From: an uncultured Candidatus Saccharibacteria bacterium | Lineage (GTDB): Bacteria > Patescibacteriota > Minisyncoccia > Phycocordibacterales > UBA9973 | Assembly (NCBI GenBank): GCA_964475655.1 | Contig: CAYYXE010000001.1 | Coordinates: 5,435 to 69,434 of the forward strand | Direction of reading: 5' to 3' | DNA length: 64,000 nucleotides | Shown: positions 8,735-17,957 of the stretch, in pieces | Layout: each line of letters opens with the position of its first letter | Position numbering within the stretch: position 1 is the stretch's first letter | Program-made: the position numbers and the translations under genes | Notes under the pieces: generated by a model | The model's database searches: none | What the model saw: only the letters and a program-made list of their open reading frames with translations | What the model was told of the DNA's origin: nothing

Positions 8735-9430
8735 ATGCAGCTCTCCATTGTCGCAACTCCCATCGGCAATCTCAAAGACATCTCACTTCGTGCAAAAGAA
8801 GTGCTTACAGAGGCGACGTTGATCGTAGCAGAAGACACGCGGACGACAGGGCAGCTGTTGAAATTACTCGAGATCTCGTCTGAGGGTAAAACATTTCGAT
8901 CTTCGCATGCACAGTCGAGCGATATGTCGCTTGCAAAGCTTCTGGTAGAATGCTCGGAGCACGAACACATCGCACTCGTCACCGATGCAGGTACGCCAGC
9001 TATCTCTGACCCCGGTTCGCAGTTTATTGATGAATTTCGTAAGGCGTATCCAGAGGCAACTGTGGTGCCGCTTCCGGGCCCGTCAGCTGCGATCGCAGCA
9101 CTCTCGATATCAGGGTTTCCGGTCAACCACTTCGAATTTGTAGGATTTGTACCGCACAAAAAGGGGAGGCAGACACTCTTTGCAAAAATAGCTGAAACTG
9201 AGCACGCAGTCGTGCTGTACGAATCTCCACACCGCATTTTGAAGACATTGGAATCGCTCGTCGAAGTACTAGGCGAGAGACAGCTCATGGTGGGTCGCGA
9301 AATGACCAAGGCCTTCGAAGAATACAAACGCGGCACCACACAACAGTTATTTGAATACTACAGAAATAATCCTGATAAAGTCCGCGGAGAATTTGTCATC
9401 GTCATTGCTCCTATTCATTACCGTACGTGA
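8735..9430 (+). CDS. rsmI: 16S rRNA (cytidine1402-2'-O)-methyltransferase RsmI
   Basis: Tetrapyrrole-methylase fold motifs IVATPIGNL, AEDTR, DAGTP; start chosen at MQLSIV because upstream ATG lies inside tRNA. Confidence 0.85.
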   Translation: MQLSIVATPIGNLKDISLRAKEVLTEATLIVAEDTRTTGQLLKLLEISSEGKTFRSSHAQSSDMSLAKLLVECSEHEHIALVTDAGTPAISDPGSQFIDEFRKAYPEATVVPLPGPSAAIAALSISGFPVNHFEFVGFVPHKKGRQTLFAKIAETEHAVVLYESPHRILKTLESLVEVLGERQLMVGREMTKAFEEYKRGTTQQLFEYYRNNPDKVRGEFVIVIAPIHYRT

Positions 9431-9444
9431 TATACTAGCCGTAT

Positions 9445-9663
9445 ATGAAAGGGAAACTGAGGCTCTTGCTTTGGATAGGGATCGTGGTGCTATTTTTGCC
9501 GTTTGTGGGAGTACCCGACTGGCTCCGGACCGCACTTACGATAGTTATCGGTCTTGTGCTTATTTATCTTTCGTACACGATCAAATATGCGTACAAGAAG
9601 CTCAAGTTTGAACTTCGTCCACAGGCGCATGAGCCCCTCGCTACAGACATTCACCATGCATAA
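9445..9663 (+). CDS. hypothetical small membrane protein (2 TM)
   Basis: 72 aa hydrophobic ORF. Confidence 0.4.
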   Translation: MKGKLRLLLWIGIVVLFLPFVGVPDWLRTALTIVIGLVLIYLSYTIKYAYKKLKFELRPQAHEPLATDIHHA

Positions 9664-10879
9664 CACCACACCACAGACACATATCACCACTGGATTTCGC
9701 ATTGCGGCAGGACTTGTGCTGATGGTCGGCATCTTTTTTGGCGGGGTATACATAGGCTATGCCAACAGGCCTGCAAGCGACAAGATAGTGGCAGTCGTCA
9801 ATAAAGATTCTCCTATCACAAGCAAGGCTGACTTTGAGACGTTTTGGAAGGCGTGGCAGATCGTCGAGAGCAAGCTTCCTGATGCAGACAAGACTGCCGC
9901 GCAAGACCGCATCTACGGCGCCATCAAAGGCATGCTCGGATCATTTGGTGATCCGTATACGACGTTCTTCCCACCAAGTGAAAACACGGCATTTGAGACA
10001 GAAATATCGGGCACGTTTAGCGGCATCGGGGCTGAGATAGGGGAGAAGGATGGGGTGCTCACCGTGATCGCACCGCTGAAGGATACACCCGCCGAGAAAG
10101 CGGGTATGGAAAGTGGTGACAAGATTATCGCGATTGATGGCACGAGTACTATCGATATGACCGTAGATAAGGCCATCTCATTGATTCGCGGCAAGTCCGG
10201 CACGACTGTGACGCTGACCATCATCCATGCAGGCGGGCAAAAGGACCTCAAGATTGTGCGGCAGCAAATCGATCTTCCGACCGTAAAAACTGAGAAGCGG
10301 GAGAATGATCGCGTCTTTATCATTCACCTATACAACTTTTCGGCCAAATCTGCATCATACTTTTATGATGCAATGCAAGAATACCTGGCCTCCGGCTATC
10401 CCAATCTCATCATTGATCTGCGCGGCAATCCCGGCGGGTATCTTGATGCTGCTGTAAAGATCGGTGGATGGTTCATCCCTGAAGGCAAGACCATAGTCAA
10501 AGAAGTCGGAAAGACCTCAACTGACGTCAGTGTGCATACCAGTGCTGGACCAGTACTCTTCCCTCGAAACGCACGTTTGATCGTATTGGTGGACAAGGGG
10601 TCTGCATCAGCATCTGAGATCCTTGCAGGAGCACTTGCGGACCATCGCATCGGGGTCATCGCAGGGGAGCAGACCTACGGCAAGGGATCCGTGCAAGAGC
10701 TTATCAAGGTGACCCAAGACACATCGCTGAAGGTCACGATCGCCAACTGGTATACCCCCAATGGCACCTCGATCAGCAAGAGCGGCCTAACCCCTTCCGT
10801 AAAGATTTCTCCCGATAAAGACGAAAAGTCTGGCGTGGATTCGCAGCTTGAGGCAGCAGTTGCACTCTTTAAAAAATAA
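9656..10879 (+). CDS. ctpA: carboxy-terminal processing protease (S41) with PDZ domain
   Basis: N-terminal TM, PDZ (GDKIIAIDG), S41 motifs (DLRGNPGG, GSASASEI); start set at MHNTT after long hydrophilic N-extension. Confidence 0.8.
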   Translation: MHNTTPQTHITTGFRIAAGLVLMVGIFFGGVYIGYANRPASDKIVAVVNKDSPITSKADFETFWKAWQIVESKLPDADKTAAQDRIYGAIKGMLGSFGDPYTTFFPPSENTAFETEISGTFSGIGAEIGEKDGVLTVIAPLKDTPAEKAGMESGDKIIAIDGTSTIDMTVDKAISLIRGKSGTTVTLTIIHAGGQKDLKIVRQQIDLPTVKTEKRENDRVFIIHLYNFSAKSASYFYDAMQEYLASGYPNLIIDLRGNPGGYLDAAVKIGGWFIPEGKTIVKEVGKTSTDVSVHTSAGPVLFPRNARLIVLVDKGSASASEILAGALADHRIGVIAGEQTYGKGSVQELIKVTQDTSLKVTIANWYTPNGTSISKSGLTPSVKISPDKDEKSGVDSQLEAAVALFKK

Positions 10880-10880
10880 G

Positions 10881-11315
10881 ATGAAAGTACTTCTCCTCAA
10901 AAACGTCCCCAAGGTAGGCAAGAAAGATGAGGTAGTCGAAGTCGCCGAAGGCTATGCCAACCACGCACTCTTTCCCAAGAAGCTTGCCGTGCCTGCAACC
11001 GCTGCAGCAGTTGCATCGCGTGATCGCCGTCGCCAAAACGTCGCCGCAGAACAGGAGATTCGTCACCGACTGCTCGATACGATGATCCAAGGACTTGCAA
11101 GCAAGGAGTTGTCCATGAAAGTGAAGGCAAACGGCCAGGGCCATCTCTTTTCTAAGGTGCATCCTGCTGATATTGTAAAATTTTTGGCAACCCATCGTAT
11201 CGAAGTAAGCGAAGCATCGCTCGTGCTTCCTGAAATCAAAACGCTTGGCGCGTATACGATCGGAATACAAGATGGGGACTACCGTGCATCGTTTGCTCTC
11301 ACGCTCACAACATAA
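10881..11315 (+). CDS. rplI: 50S ribosomal protein L9
   Basis: MKVLLLKNVPKVGKKDEVVEVAEGYANHALFP. Confidence 0.85.
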   Translation: MKVLLLKNVPKVGKKDEVVEVAEGYANHALFPKKLAVPATAAAVASRDRRRQNVAAEQEIRHRLLDTMIQGLASKELSMKVKANGQGHLFSKVHPADIVKFLATHRIEVSEASLVLPEIKTLGAYTIGIQDGDYRASFALTLTT

Positions 11316-11342
11316 AAGCCTCTCAGTTCGAGAGGCTTTTAA

Positions 11343-11624
11343 TTATTTAGTATCGATGATGTTTGCTGCTTTGCGTACAGTAGTGGTGCCGTCAAAGTTG
11401 TGTTTGCGCTTTGAGGTAAATTTTACAAAGCCTTCTTTGAGCGCAAAGAGGGTGTGATCCTTGCCGAGGCCTACTGATGTGCCAGGAAGGATTTTGGTGC
11501 CGCGCTGGCGCACGATAATAGACCCAGCAGTTGCAAACTGACCATCATAGAGCTTGGTGCCGAGATATTGTGGATTTGAATCCGTTAGGTTTTTTGCTGC
11601 GCCTTGCGCTTTCTTATGTGCCAT
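11343..11624 (-). CDS. rpmA: 50S ribosomal protein L27
   Basis: [12 protein letters not shown]...[11 protein letters not shown]. Confidence 0.9.
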   Translation of the reverse strand: MAHKKAQGAAKNLTDSNPQYLGTKLYDGQFATAGSIIVRQRGTKILPGTSVGLGKDHTLFALKEGFVKFTSKRKHNFDGTTTVRKAANIIDTK

Positions 11625-11682
11625 AGAGAAGACTATCTTAGCCTAAAATCCCCCCATAGTCAAGGTAAGAAAGGGGAGCGGA

Positions 11683-12078
11683 ATGGGTAATGATACACTA
11701 GGAGCTATGGAAGACTTTGTATCCCGACACTACCGCGTACTCTTTGCGCTGCTTTTGGGCACCATTGTCATTTTGGCTTTTTATGTTGGAATGTTGCAGG
11801 GGAGAAAGGGGGGAACGTCGGGAGTCATTCTCTCCTGCACCGACGAAGTACTCAGTAGTCTCAAGATCGTATCTCCTGTGGAAGCAAAGGCTGAGTATAC
11901 CGCAGAGGCGACTGCTGTCCCCGATGCGCCCCAGGGTGCCTTTGCTGGCTCCAAAAACGGCACCAAGTACTACGCACCAGGATGTGCAGGGCTTGAGCGC
12001 ATCAAGCCTGAGAACCGCGTGTGGTTCAAGAGCGTAGAAGATGCTACGCTGCAGGGATATACGGCCGCGGCCTGCTAA
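11683..12078 (+). CDS. membrane-anchored protein with C-terminal Ada-like zinc-binding domain
   Basis: TM helix then YYAPGCAGLERIKPENRVWFKSVEDATLQGYTAAAC, matching Ada N-terminal metal-binding pattern (Y-x-PGC...EN..WF.S...A...GY...C). Confidence 0.45.
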   Translation: MGNDTLGAMEDFVSRHYRVLFALLLGTIVILAFYVGMLQGRKGGTSGVILSCTDEVLSSLKIVSPVEAKAEYTAEATAVPDAPQGAFAGSKNGTKYYAPGCAGLERIKPENRVWFKSVEDATLQGYTAAAC

Positions 12079-12083
12079 TCACT

Positions 12084-12968
12084 ATGACTTTTTCTATCAA
12101 AACATTCACTGCCATACTCGCACTGCTCATCACGGTACTGGCCATTCGTCCGACCGTAGTGAAGGATATCCTCGGATCTGCCATCGTACAGAGTTCGACA
12201 GAGACCGTGCAGACGATTGGAAGCCTTATTCCCTCAAACATCATTTCATACATTGAGCCCATCAAACCAGTCTCTGTCACGAGAAGTGACGCCGAGCTCT
12301 CGGTCGAAGCCATCATCGACGCCACCAACAAAGAGCGCATCAAAGCAGGCCTCATACCGCTTCGTTCAAATGCGCGCCTTACGCAGTCTGCGACCACCAA
12401 GACCCGTGACATGATCACACGCGACTACTTCGAACACCAATCTCCCGATGGCAAAGGGGTAGCTGACCTTGCGCTTGCAGCCGGGTATGACTATGTAATC
12501 GTAGGCGAAAATTTGGCACGTGGGGGATTTGCCAGTGCAAGCGATCTGGTCAATGAATGGATGAATAGTCCCGGCCACCGAGCAAATATGCTCAGCTCCA
12601 AATACGAAGAGATTGGAGTCTATGCCGCGCAAGGTATGTATGACGGTCATGAGGTATGGTTTGCGGTCCAACACTTTGGGACGAGTCGTGCGACGTGTCC
12701 CGTCATCAGTGAGCGTCTCAAGATCGAAATCGACACCATGAATGCTGACCTGGGCAATCGCCGTGCCCAGATCGCAAGTGAAAAGGCGGCACTCGAAGCA
12801 CCAAACCATCCCGAGGGCGACGAGTATCGAGCGCGCGTCACGACATTTAATGCACTCGTCGCCGAGTACAATACCATCCTCGTCATTTCCCAAGAAAAGA
12901 TCAAAGCCTACAACGCCCAAGTCGCAGCCTTCAACAATTGCCTCACTGTATACAAACCAGTCAAATAA
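12084..12968 (+). CDS. secreted/anchored CAP (SCP/YkwD-like) domain protein with C-terminal coiled coil
   Basis: NSPGHRANMLS and HYTQVVW-like (EVWFAVQHFG) CAP motifs; start at MTFSIKTF after previous stop. Confidence 0.65.
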   Translation: MTFSIKTFTAILALLITVLAIRPTVVKDILGSAIVQSSTETVQTIGSLIPSNIISYIEPIKPVSVTRSDAELSVEAIIDATNKERIKAGLIPLRSNARLTQSATTKTRDMITRDYFEHQSPDGKGVADLALAAGYDYVIVGENLARGGFASASDLVNEWMNSPGHRANMLSSKYEEIGVYAAQGMYDGHEVWFAVQHFGTSRATCPVISERLKIEIDTMNADLGNRRAQIASEKAALEAPNHPEGDEYRARVTTFNALVAEYNTILVISQEKIKAYNAQVAAFNNCLTVYKPVK

Positions 12969-13564
12969 ATATAAAGAAGCCCCAGTAGAAACCGGGGCCG
13001 TTTACCAAAATTAACTGCTTTAAAAAAACTTACGATTTTTATTATCGTTAAGTATACTCCTAGGTGAGGTGTAGGGCCTCACACCGGAGAACTTGTAGTG
13101 TATAGATCTTGCTATATTTTCTTACGATACAAAAGCGCTATTTCACTGCTAGGGAGAAGTGGTCTGTATAATATAAACAACGTCGCACAATATATCTTTA
13201 CGACATATACACAGAGAGAAAGGATCCGTCTATATACCCAAGCACTTCCCCTTGGCTTTTTTATAAATGGCGGGATAGTGCCGACAAATCTTTGATCCAT
13301 ATCTACATGTCCACACTAGTTCTCTGTTGTATATTTTATGTACAGTATTTCTTGCGTAGAAATTCGATAAAAATACAGGCAACCCAAAAAGAACGTATCA
13401 GGGGAGTACTTCCCTATTTTTGACCAAACAAAAAGCCCCCATAAGAGATATGGCGGCTTAATTATCAAAACCAACTGTATGTACTTTTTAAAACTGGAAT
13501 CCTAACTGCATGTATAAAACCGGATCCCAGCCTATGAAAACTTACTAGAAACTATAGCAACTAC

Positions 13565-13942
13565 CTAGCTACAAGGCAAGCCAGTGGTAGTACTTACGGG
13601 ACTGGTGAGTGTGCAACCGTCTGGAAATACGGTACCGTTGTCATACTGCTGGTAGCTGTAGTCCACGTACTGGGTTTGCGGATAGGTGTAGTAGGTGTAA
13701 GTAGAACCGCTTGAGTAGGTCTGTGCGGTACGCGGTACGTAGCGGACAATCGAGTACGTGCCAGTCGCTGGACCAACGTTTACATTGAGCGGAAGCGCGC
13801 TTGCAGCATACTGCGTGCCTCGGTATGAGTAACCTACTGTGGTATTTGATCGGCTGAGCAAAATCACCACGATAATGATACCGATGATAAGGATTGCGCC
13901 GAGGAGTGTCTTGTGAGAATTGTCTTGCATAGAATGACTCAT
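13565..13942 (-). CDS. small Tyr/Thr/Ser-rich membrane-anchored protein
   Basis: Only the 3' ~125 codons of the 244-aa ORF are plausible; rest overlaps rluB-like gene on opposite strand. Confidence 0.4.
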   Translation of the reverse strand: MSHSMQDNSHKTLLGAILIIGIIIVVILLSRSNTTVGYSYRGTQYAASALPLNVNVGPATGTYSIVRYVPRTAQTYSSGSTYTYYTYPQTQYVDYSYQQYDNGTVFPDGCTLTSPVSTTTGLPCS

Positions 13943-14035
13943 GGGGTTACGTTGGGATACTACCATTACTTCCCCGCTTCGCCTACAGTATTGACTATTT
14001 CGTATAAAGTGTGTTCTAATGATGATATGCAAAAA

Positions 14036-14707
14036 GAACGACTCGAAAAGATCATCGCACAGCGCGGCCTTGCATCGCGCCGTGAAGCAAAGGCGCTCAT
14101 CGGTGAAGGAAAGGTGACGGTCAATGGCAAGGTGGTCACTGAGCCTGGCTTTGGTATCGACCCTGATACAGCCCACATCGAGCTCAAAGATACTACCACC
14201 AAAGAATCCTACCTCTTGTACAAGCCACGTGGTATCGAGACGAGTAAGACGAACAGGAATTCTAAAGATATTCATGATGTCTTTCCGAAGCTTGCGCACC
14301 TCTCGCCTATTGGCCGGCTCGACAAAGATTCCGAAGGGTTGATTATTCTTTCAAATGACGGCACGCTTACCAAAGCGCTTACTCAAGAACATTTTTCAGT
14401 CGGCAAAACATATCGAGTCACCGTCAAAGAATTCGTATCAGATGCTGCCTTGCAAAAGATGTCGCACGGCATTGTGCTCGACAAAGTAAAAACGAAGCCG
14501 GCTGTTACGAAGCGCGTATCGCGCATGGTCTTTGATATCACGCTTCACGAAGGCCGCAAGCACCAGATCAGGCGCATGTGTGATGCGTGCAAGCTTACGA
14601 TCGAGTCGCTCGTGCGCATCGGCATCGGACATCTCAAGAGTACAGGCATGAAGGCTGGTAATGTAAAAAAGTTGAGCCCCCAAGATATCGCAGATCTGAA
14701 AGCTTAA
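14036..14707 (+). CDS. pseudouridine synthase, RsuA/RluB family (S4 domain + catalytic domain)
   Basis: S4 motif QRGLASRREAKALIGEGKVTVNG; catalytic GRLDKDSEGL; start placed at MQKERLEK. Confidence 0.8.
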   Translation, partial: ERLEKIIAQRGLASRREAKALIGEGKVTVNGKVVTEPGFGIDPDTAHIELKDTTTKESYLLYKPRGIETSKTNRNSKDIHDVFPKLAHLSPIGRLDKDSEGLIILSNDGTLTKALTQEHFSVGKTYRVTVKEFVSDAALQKMSHGIVLDKVKTKPAVTKRVSRMVFDITLHEGRKHQIRRMCDACKLTIESLVRIGIGHLKSTGMKAGNVKKLSPQDIADLKA

Positions 14708-15222
14708 ATCGCGCGACTATCGTACGCCCAGTGCAGGAGTGCTTGGCGTTGCTTGGGTCGGCAGTGTATGTCCCCTGGTCTGCAATGCGCCTGTACTTGC
14801 CCAACGTGTCTGCGGATCGCCTTCCAACGCTTGATCTGACGTGCGTCTTCGATAGGTATGCGCCGGCCCATGTAGTAGCGGCAGTACCACTGAAACCATC
14901 CTCTAGGATCGTCCTTGTATATCCATCCCTTTGCTTGCCACACTGAGAGCGGCTGGCTTGCATTTACTCCAAAGTAGTTGATCGACTTTTCGTGATGGGT
15001 GCTACAGAGTTTGGACTGCTTGAACCAACTTTTGGGAAATTCGTCCTGACAATCAGTCATATACTTGCCGCCAAACACGCCGAGGTGCAGCATCTCTTTG
15101 GGGGTAAGTGATGGTCGAAATTCTGGGTCAAAATGTTTACCCATAGGCTCAGAAAGCACGTACGTGTACTTCTTTTGCATTTTGTCGTTGACTACTACTT
15201 TTTTCATATACGCAGTATACAC
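14704..15222 (-). CDS. conserved hypothetical protein (GWFQWYCRYYMGRR motif), family not assigned
   Basis: 172 aa ORF with Trp-rich conserved-looking core; 4-nt overlap with rluB-like stop. Confidence 0.5.
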   Translation of the reverse strand: MYTAYMKKVVVNDKMQKKYTYVLSEPMGKHFDPEFRPSLTPKEMLHLGVFGGKYMTDCQDEFPKSWFKQSKLCSTHHEKSINYFGVNASQPLSVWQAKGWIYKDDPRGWFQWYCRYYMGRRIPIEDARQIKRWKAIRRHVGQVQAHCRPGDIHCRPKQRQALLHWAYDSRAI

Positions 15223-15274
15223 AACGAAGGTTTTAACTCCTCCATGTGTTGGTGCAAAATTGCTATACTAAAGC

Positions 15275-15892
15275 ATGTTCAACCTCACTCCATCCGAAGC
15301 AAAGCTTTTCAAGAAGCTCAATACCCCTGCCAAGATTCAGGACTTTTTGAATTCTATTTCATACAACTTTGAGAAAGGTGGTGAGACGTGCAGGAGTCCT
15401 CGAGAAGTGCTCAAGGTAAAGTGTGCGCATTGCCTCGAGGGTGCGTACTTTGCGGCAGCGGTGCTGTGGTATCACGGAGAGAAGCCACTACTCCTTGATC
15501 TCCGGAGTACCAAGCATGATCTCGATCATGTAGTTGCAGTATTCCGAAGGAATGGGTGCTATGGAGCAATATCGAAGACCAATCACGCAGTGCTCCGCTA
15601 TCGTGAGCCCATCTATCAGACACTGCATGAGCTCGTACTCTCCTACTTTCACGAATATTTCCTCGATGATGGGCAAAAGACGCTGCGTGAATACTCCAAG
15701 CCATTTGATCTGTCAAAGTTTGGAGACGAGTGGATTACCAGTACGGATGACCTGTGGGAGATCGGAGCCTTACTCGACGATGCGCCACACAACGCTATCT
15801 TGCCGCAACGTATGAATCCTAAGTCTCTTCGTAAGGCTGACAAGGTTGAGATAGAGGCGGGTAAGCTAGTAGAATATACATCGTCTCTATGA
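15275..15892 (+). CDS. hypothetical protein with papain/C39-like Cys-His arrangement (putative cysteine peptidase fold)
   Basis: KCAHCLEGAYFAAAVLWYHG ... DLDHVVAVF ... spacing like C39/transglutaminase-like domains; inference only. Confidence 0.4.
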   Translation: MFNLTPSEAKLFKKLNTPAKIQDFLNSISYNFEKGGETCRSPREVLKVKCAHCLEGAYFAAAVLWYHGEKPLLLDLRSTKHDLDHVVAVFRRNGCYGAISKTNHAVLRYREPIYQTLHELVLSYFHEYFLDDGQKTLREYSKPFDLSKFGDEWITSTDDLWEIGALLDDAPHNAILPQRMNPKSLRKADKVEIEAGKLVEYTSSL

Positions 15893-16830
15893 GTATGAAG
15901 AAAAAGAAGCACATAGCTCTTAGCCTTCTTGCACTTGGTGCGGCTGTTGTCATTGGTGGGTACGTGGTGACAAAGCAGGACCAGGTCGCTCCGCAACCTG
16001 CAATATCTGATGTGCAGACAGACGTACTCCCTACTACCCCTGAGCCTACACAAACTGTAGACGAAGTCGTACCACCTGATGGTCAGACATATAGATCGAT
16101 CAAAGTCGTCACCGATCAGCCGGGCTATGAGATCTCACGCGAAGTCGGACTTGCCAATGTCCCCTTTGTGCTGAGCTTCAACCGCATGGACGAAAAGCAT
16201 ATCCAAAAGAACTCCACAATCACCATCCCTCCGACATTTACGGATTGGGATTCACTTTCCCCCTTCCCCCGAGAGCTTCCTGTCGCACAAGATATCGACA
16301 AGCTTCTCTTGGTCTCGCAGCGCATCCAGGCAGTCGGCGCATATGAGCGCGGCACGCTCGTGCGTTGGATGGTCACCAGTACGGGCAAGAAAGAAACGCC
16401 GACCCCAAGCAAGCTCTACTTTACCAACTGGAAGGGTAAGCTCGTGACAAGTACGCTCGAAGGCGGCTACATCTTGCCGTGGGCATTCAACCTCGACAGT
16501 ATGGAAGGTATTGCGATGCACCAATTTGATCTGCCCGGATTTCCTGCAAGTCACGCATGTGTGAGACTACTGGAAGCGGATGCAATGTGGATCTATGATT
16601 GGGCAAATCAATGGATACTCGATGCAAGCGGTCAAAATGAGCTCGCGAAAGGCACCCCAGTCATCATCTTTGGCAAATATGCCTATGACAAACGAGCTCC
16701 TTGGAAAAACCTTGCCACTGATCCAACCGCGACGACACTTACGGTAGCTGAGCTGACTGAAGTCCTAAACAAAAATATCAATGAGATCAAAGCTGCTGCG
16801 GAGAAAAGAGTGGATGTAGAAAATCAATAA
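15889..16830 (+). CDS. L,D-transpeptidase (YkuD domain) with N-terminal membrane anchor
   Basis: Catalytic HxxSHACVRL motif (MHQFDLPGFPASHACVRL); 4-nt overlap with upstream gene. Confidence 0.75.
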   Translation: MSMKKKKHIALSLLALGAAVVIGGYVVTKQDQVAPQPAISDVQTDVLPTTPEPTQTVDEVVPPDGQTYRSIKVVTDQPGYEISREVGLANVPFVLSFNRMDEKHIQKNSTITIPPTFTDWDSLSPFPRELPVAQDIDKLLLVSQRIQAVGAYERGTLVRWMVTSTGKKETPTPSKLYFTNWKGKLVTSTLEGGYILPWAFNLDSMEGIAMHQFDLPGFPASHACVRLLEADAMWIYDWANQWILDASGQNELAKGTPVIIFGKYAYDKRAPWKNLATDPTATTLTVAELTEVLNKNINEIKAAAEKRVDVENQ

Positions 16831-16840
16831 AGAAGAAATA

Positions 16841-16868
16841 AAAAAGCTGCAAATTTGCAGCTTTTAAT
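16841..16868. terminator. bidirectional rho-independent terminator (AAAGCTGCAAA/TTTGCAGCTTT)
   Basis: Perfect 11-bp palindrome flanked by A- and T-runs between convergent genes. Confidence 0.7.
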
Positions 16869-16885
16869 GAAATTAAACAAAATTT

Positions 16886-17278
16886 TTATTTGCCAGCTTC
16901 TCTAACCACTGGAATACCCCAATCATCAATGATTACTCCTTTCCGCACTATGTAAGTCATAGATGTATCGATAGGAAGATCTTTAATAATTGCAACCCTG
17001 AATTCAGGTTTTCCGGGACCCTCACTTACCAAGGCCTGATAGTAGTGTTTTTCATCCTTTAAATGAAAGTGTGTTGTTACAGCATCTTTAAATGTTAGTT
17101 TAACACGAAGATTGTCTTTTAAGTTTCCGTATAAACTTTTGTAGGCATTTAAGGAGTCACGGCATTCTTGAATTTCTTTTTGTAATTGAGAAATCCCCTT
17201 ATTATCTTCATTGTCCTCGCAGGATACAAATAATGTTGTAATAGCTGCAAAAAGCAGAAATAAAAATACTTTTTTCAT
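16886..17278 (-). CDS. small putative lipoprotein (LFVSC lipobox), AT-rich
   Basis: MKKVFLFLLFAAITTLFVSC...; driven by repeated promoter module. Confidence 0.55.
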   Translation of the reverse strand: MKKVFLFLLFAAITTLFVSCEDNEDNKGISQLQKEIQECRDSLNAYKSLYGNLKDNLRVKLTFKDAVTTHFHLKDEKHYYQALVSEGPGKPEFRVAIIKDLPIDTSMTYIVRKGVIIDDWGIPVVREAGK

Positions 17279-17318
17279 GTTTATCGTTTTTATTTTTTAC
17301 AAAGAATTTTATAAATAT

Positions 17319-17347
17319 ATAATATCACATTTACTTATAAAAGTCAA
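17319..17347 (-). promoter_or_regulatory. promoter TTGACT-17-TATTAT for lipoprotein gene 17278
   Basis: minus-strand -35 at 17342-17347, -10 at 17319-17324; homologous to promoters at 1551 and 45157. Confidence 0.5.
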
Positions 17348-17351
17348 TACA

Positions 17352-17382
17352 CAAAAAAGCCCTATCGCTAAGGCTTTTTTGA
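17352..17382 (-). terminator. terminator downstream of lexA (AAAAAAGCC...GGCTTTTTT), part of repeated terminator-promoter module
   Basis: Short GC stem with A/U extension plus U-tract; near-identical copy at 45193. Confidence 0.5.
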
Positions 17383-17393
17383 CTGAGTATTCT

Positions 17394-17957
17394 TTAATAT
17401 TTCCGTATCACTCCTCGTATGATAGCTATCACCTGCAAGTCGTGTTTGGGATGCATGGGTTTAAACTTTTTGTTGGCGGGTTCGAGCCAGGATTTCTTGC
17501 CGTCGGTACGAAGGTATTTCATCGTGTGCTCCCCGTCGATTTGTGCGATCACGATATCGCCATCCTTGGCCACAGAGGTACGCTCTGCGATCACGATATC
17601 GCCGTCACAGATGTGCTCGTCGATCATGGAATCTCCATCGACTTCTACCATATAGGTCTCCTTCTTCTTTTTGACCAGATAGCTTTCGAGGTTGAGTGTC
17701 TCGAGTACTTCGTCGACTGCTGATGGGAATCCCGCTTTGACTGAGCCGAGCAGCGGCAAGCTATCAAATGAATTGGTCGGCAGAAGCTTGCCAAGCTTGT
17801 CTTTGGTGACGATACCGGCATCGATGAGCTTCTCCACAAGTCGTGCCACCGCATTCTTGCTTTTGTACCCAAAGAGCTTCATCATCTCGGTGTACGTCGG
17901 CATACGCTTGTGTGACTCGTGGAAGTCTATGAGTTGTTGTTTGTGGTTGCCTTCCAT
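17394..17957 (-). CDS. lexA: LexA repressor
   Basis: wHTH N-domain, Ala-Gly cleavage site (VKAGFP), S24 peptidase Ser (GDSM) and Lys. Confidence 0.85.
   Translation of the reverse strand: MEGNHKQQLIDFHESHKRMPTYTEMMKLFGYKSKNAVARLVEKLIDAGIVTKDKLGKLLPTNSFDSLPLLGSVKAGFPSAVDEVLETLNLESYLVKKKKETYMVEVDGDSMIDEHICDGDIVIAERTSVAKDGDIVIAQIDGEHTMKYLRTDGKKSWLEPANKKFKPMHPKHDLQVIAIIRGVIRKY

Noticed and set aside
13943-14299. 5' two-thirds of the 244-aa minus-strand ORF 13565..14299
   Set aside because: It overlaps the well-supported rluB-like gene on the plus strand and translates to low-complexity, Cys/Arg-rich text. Only the C-terminal TM-containing ~125 codons look genuine.
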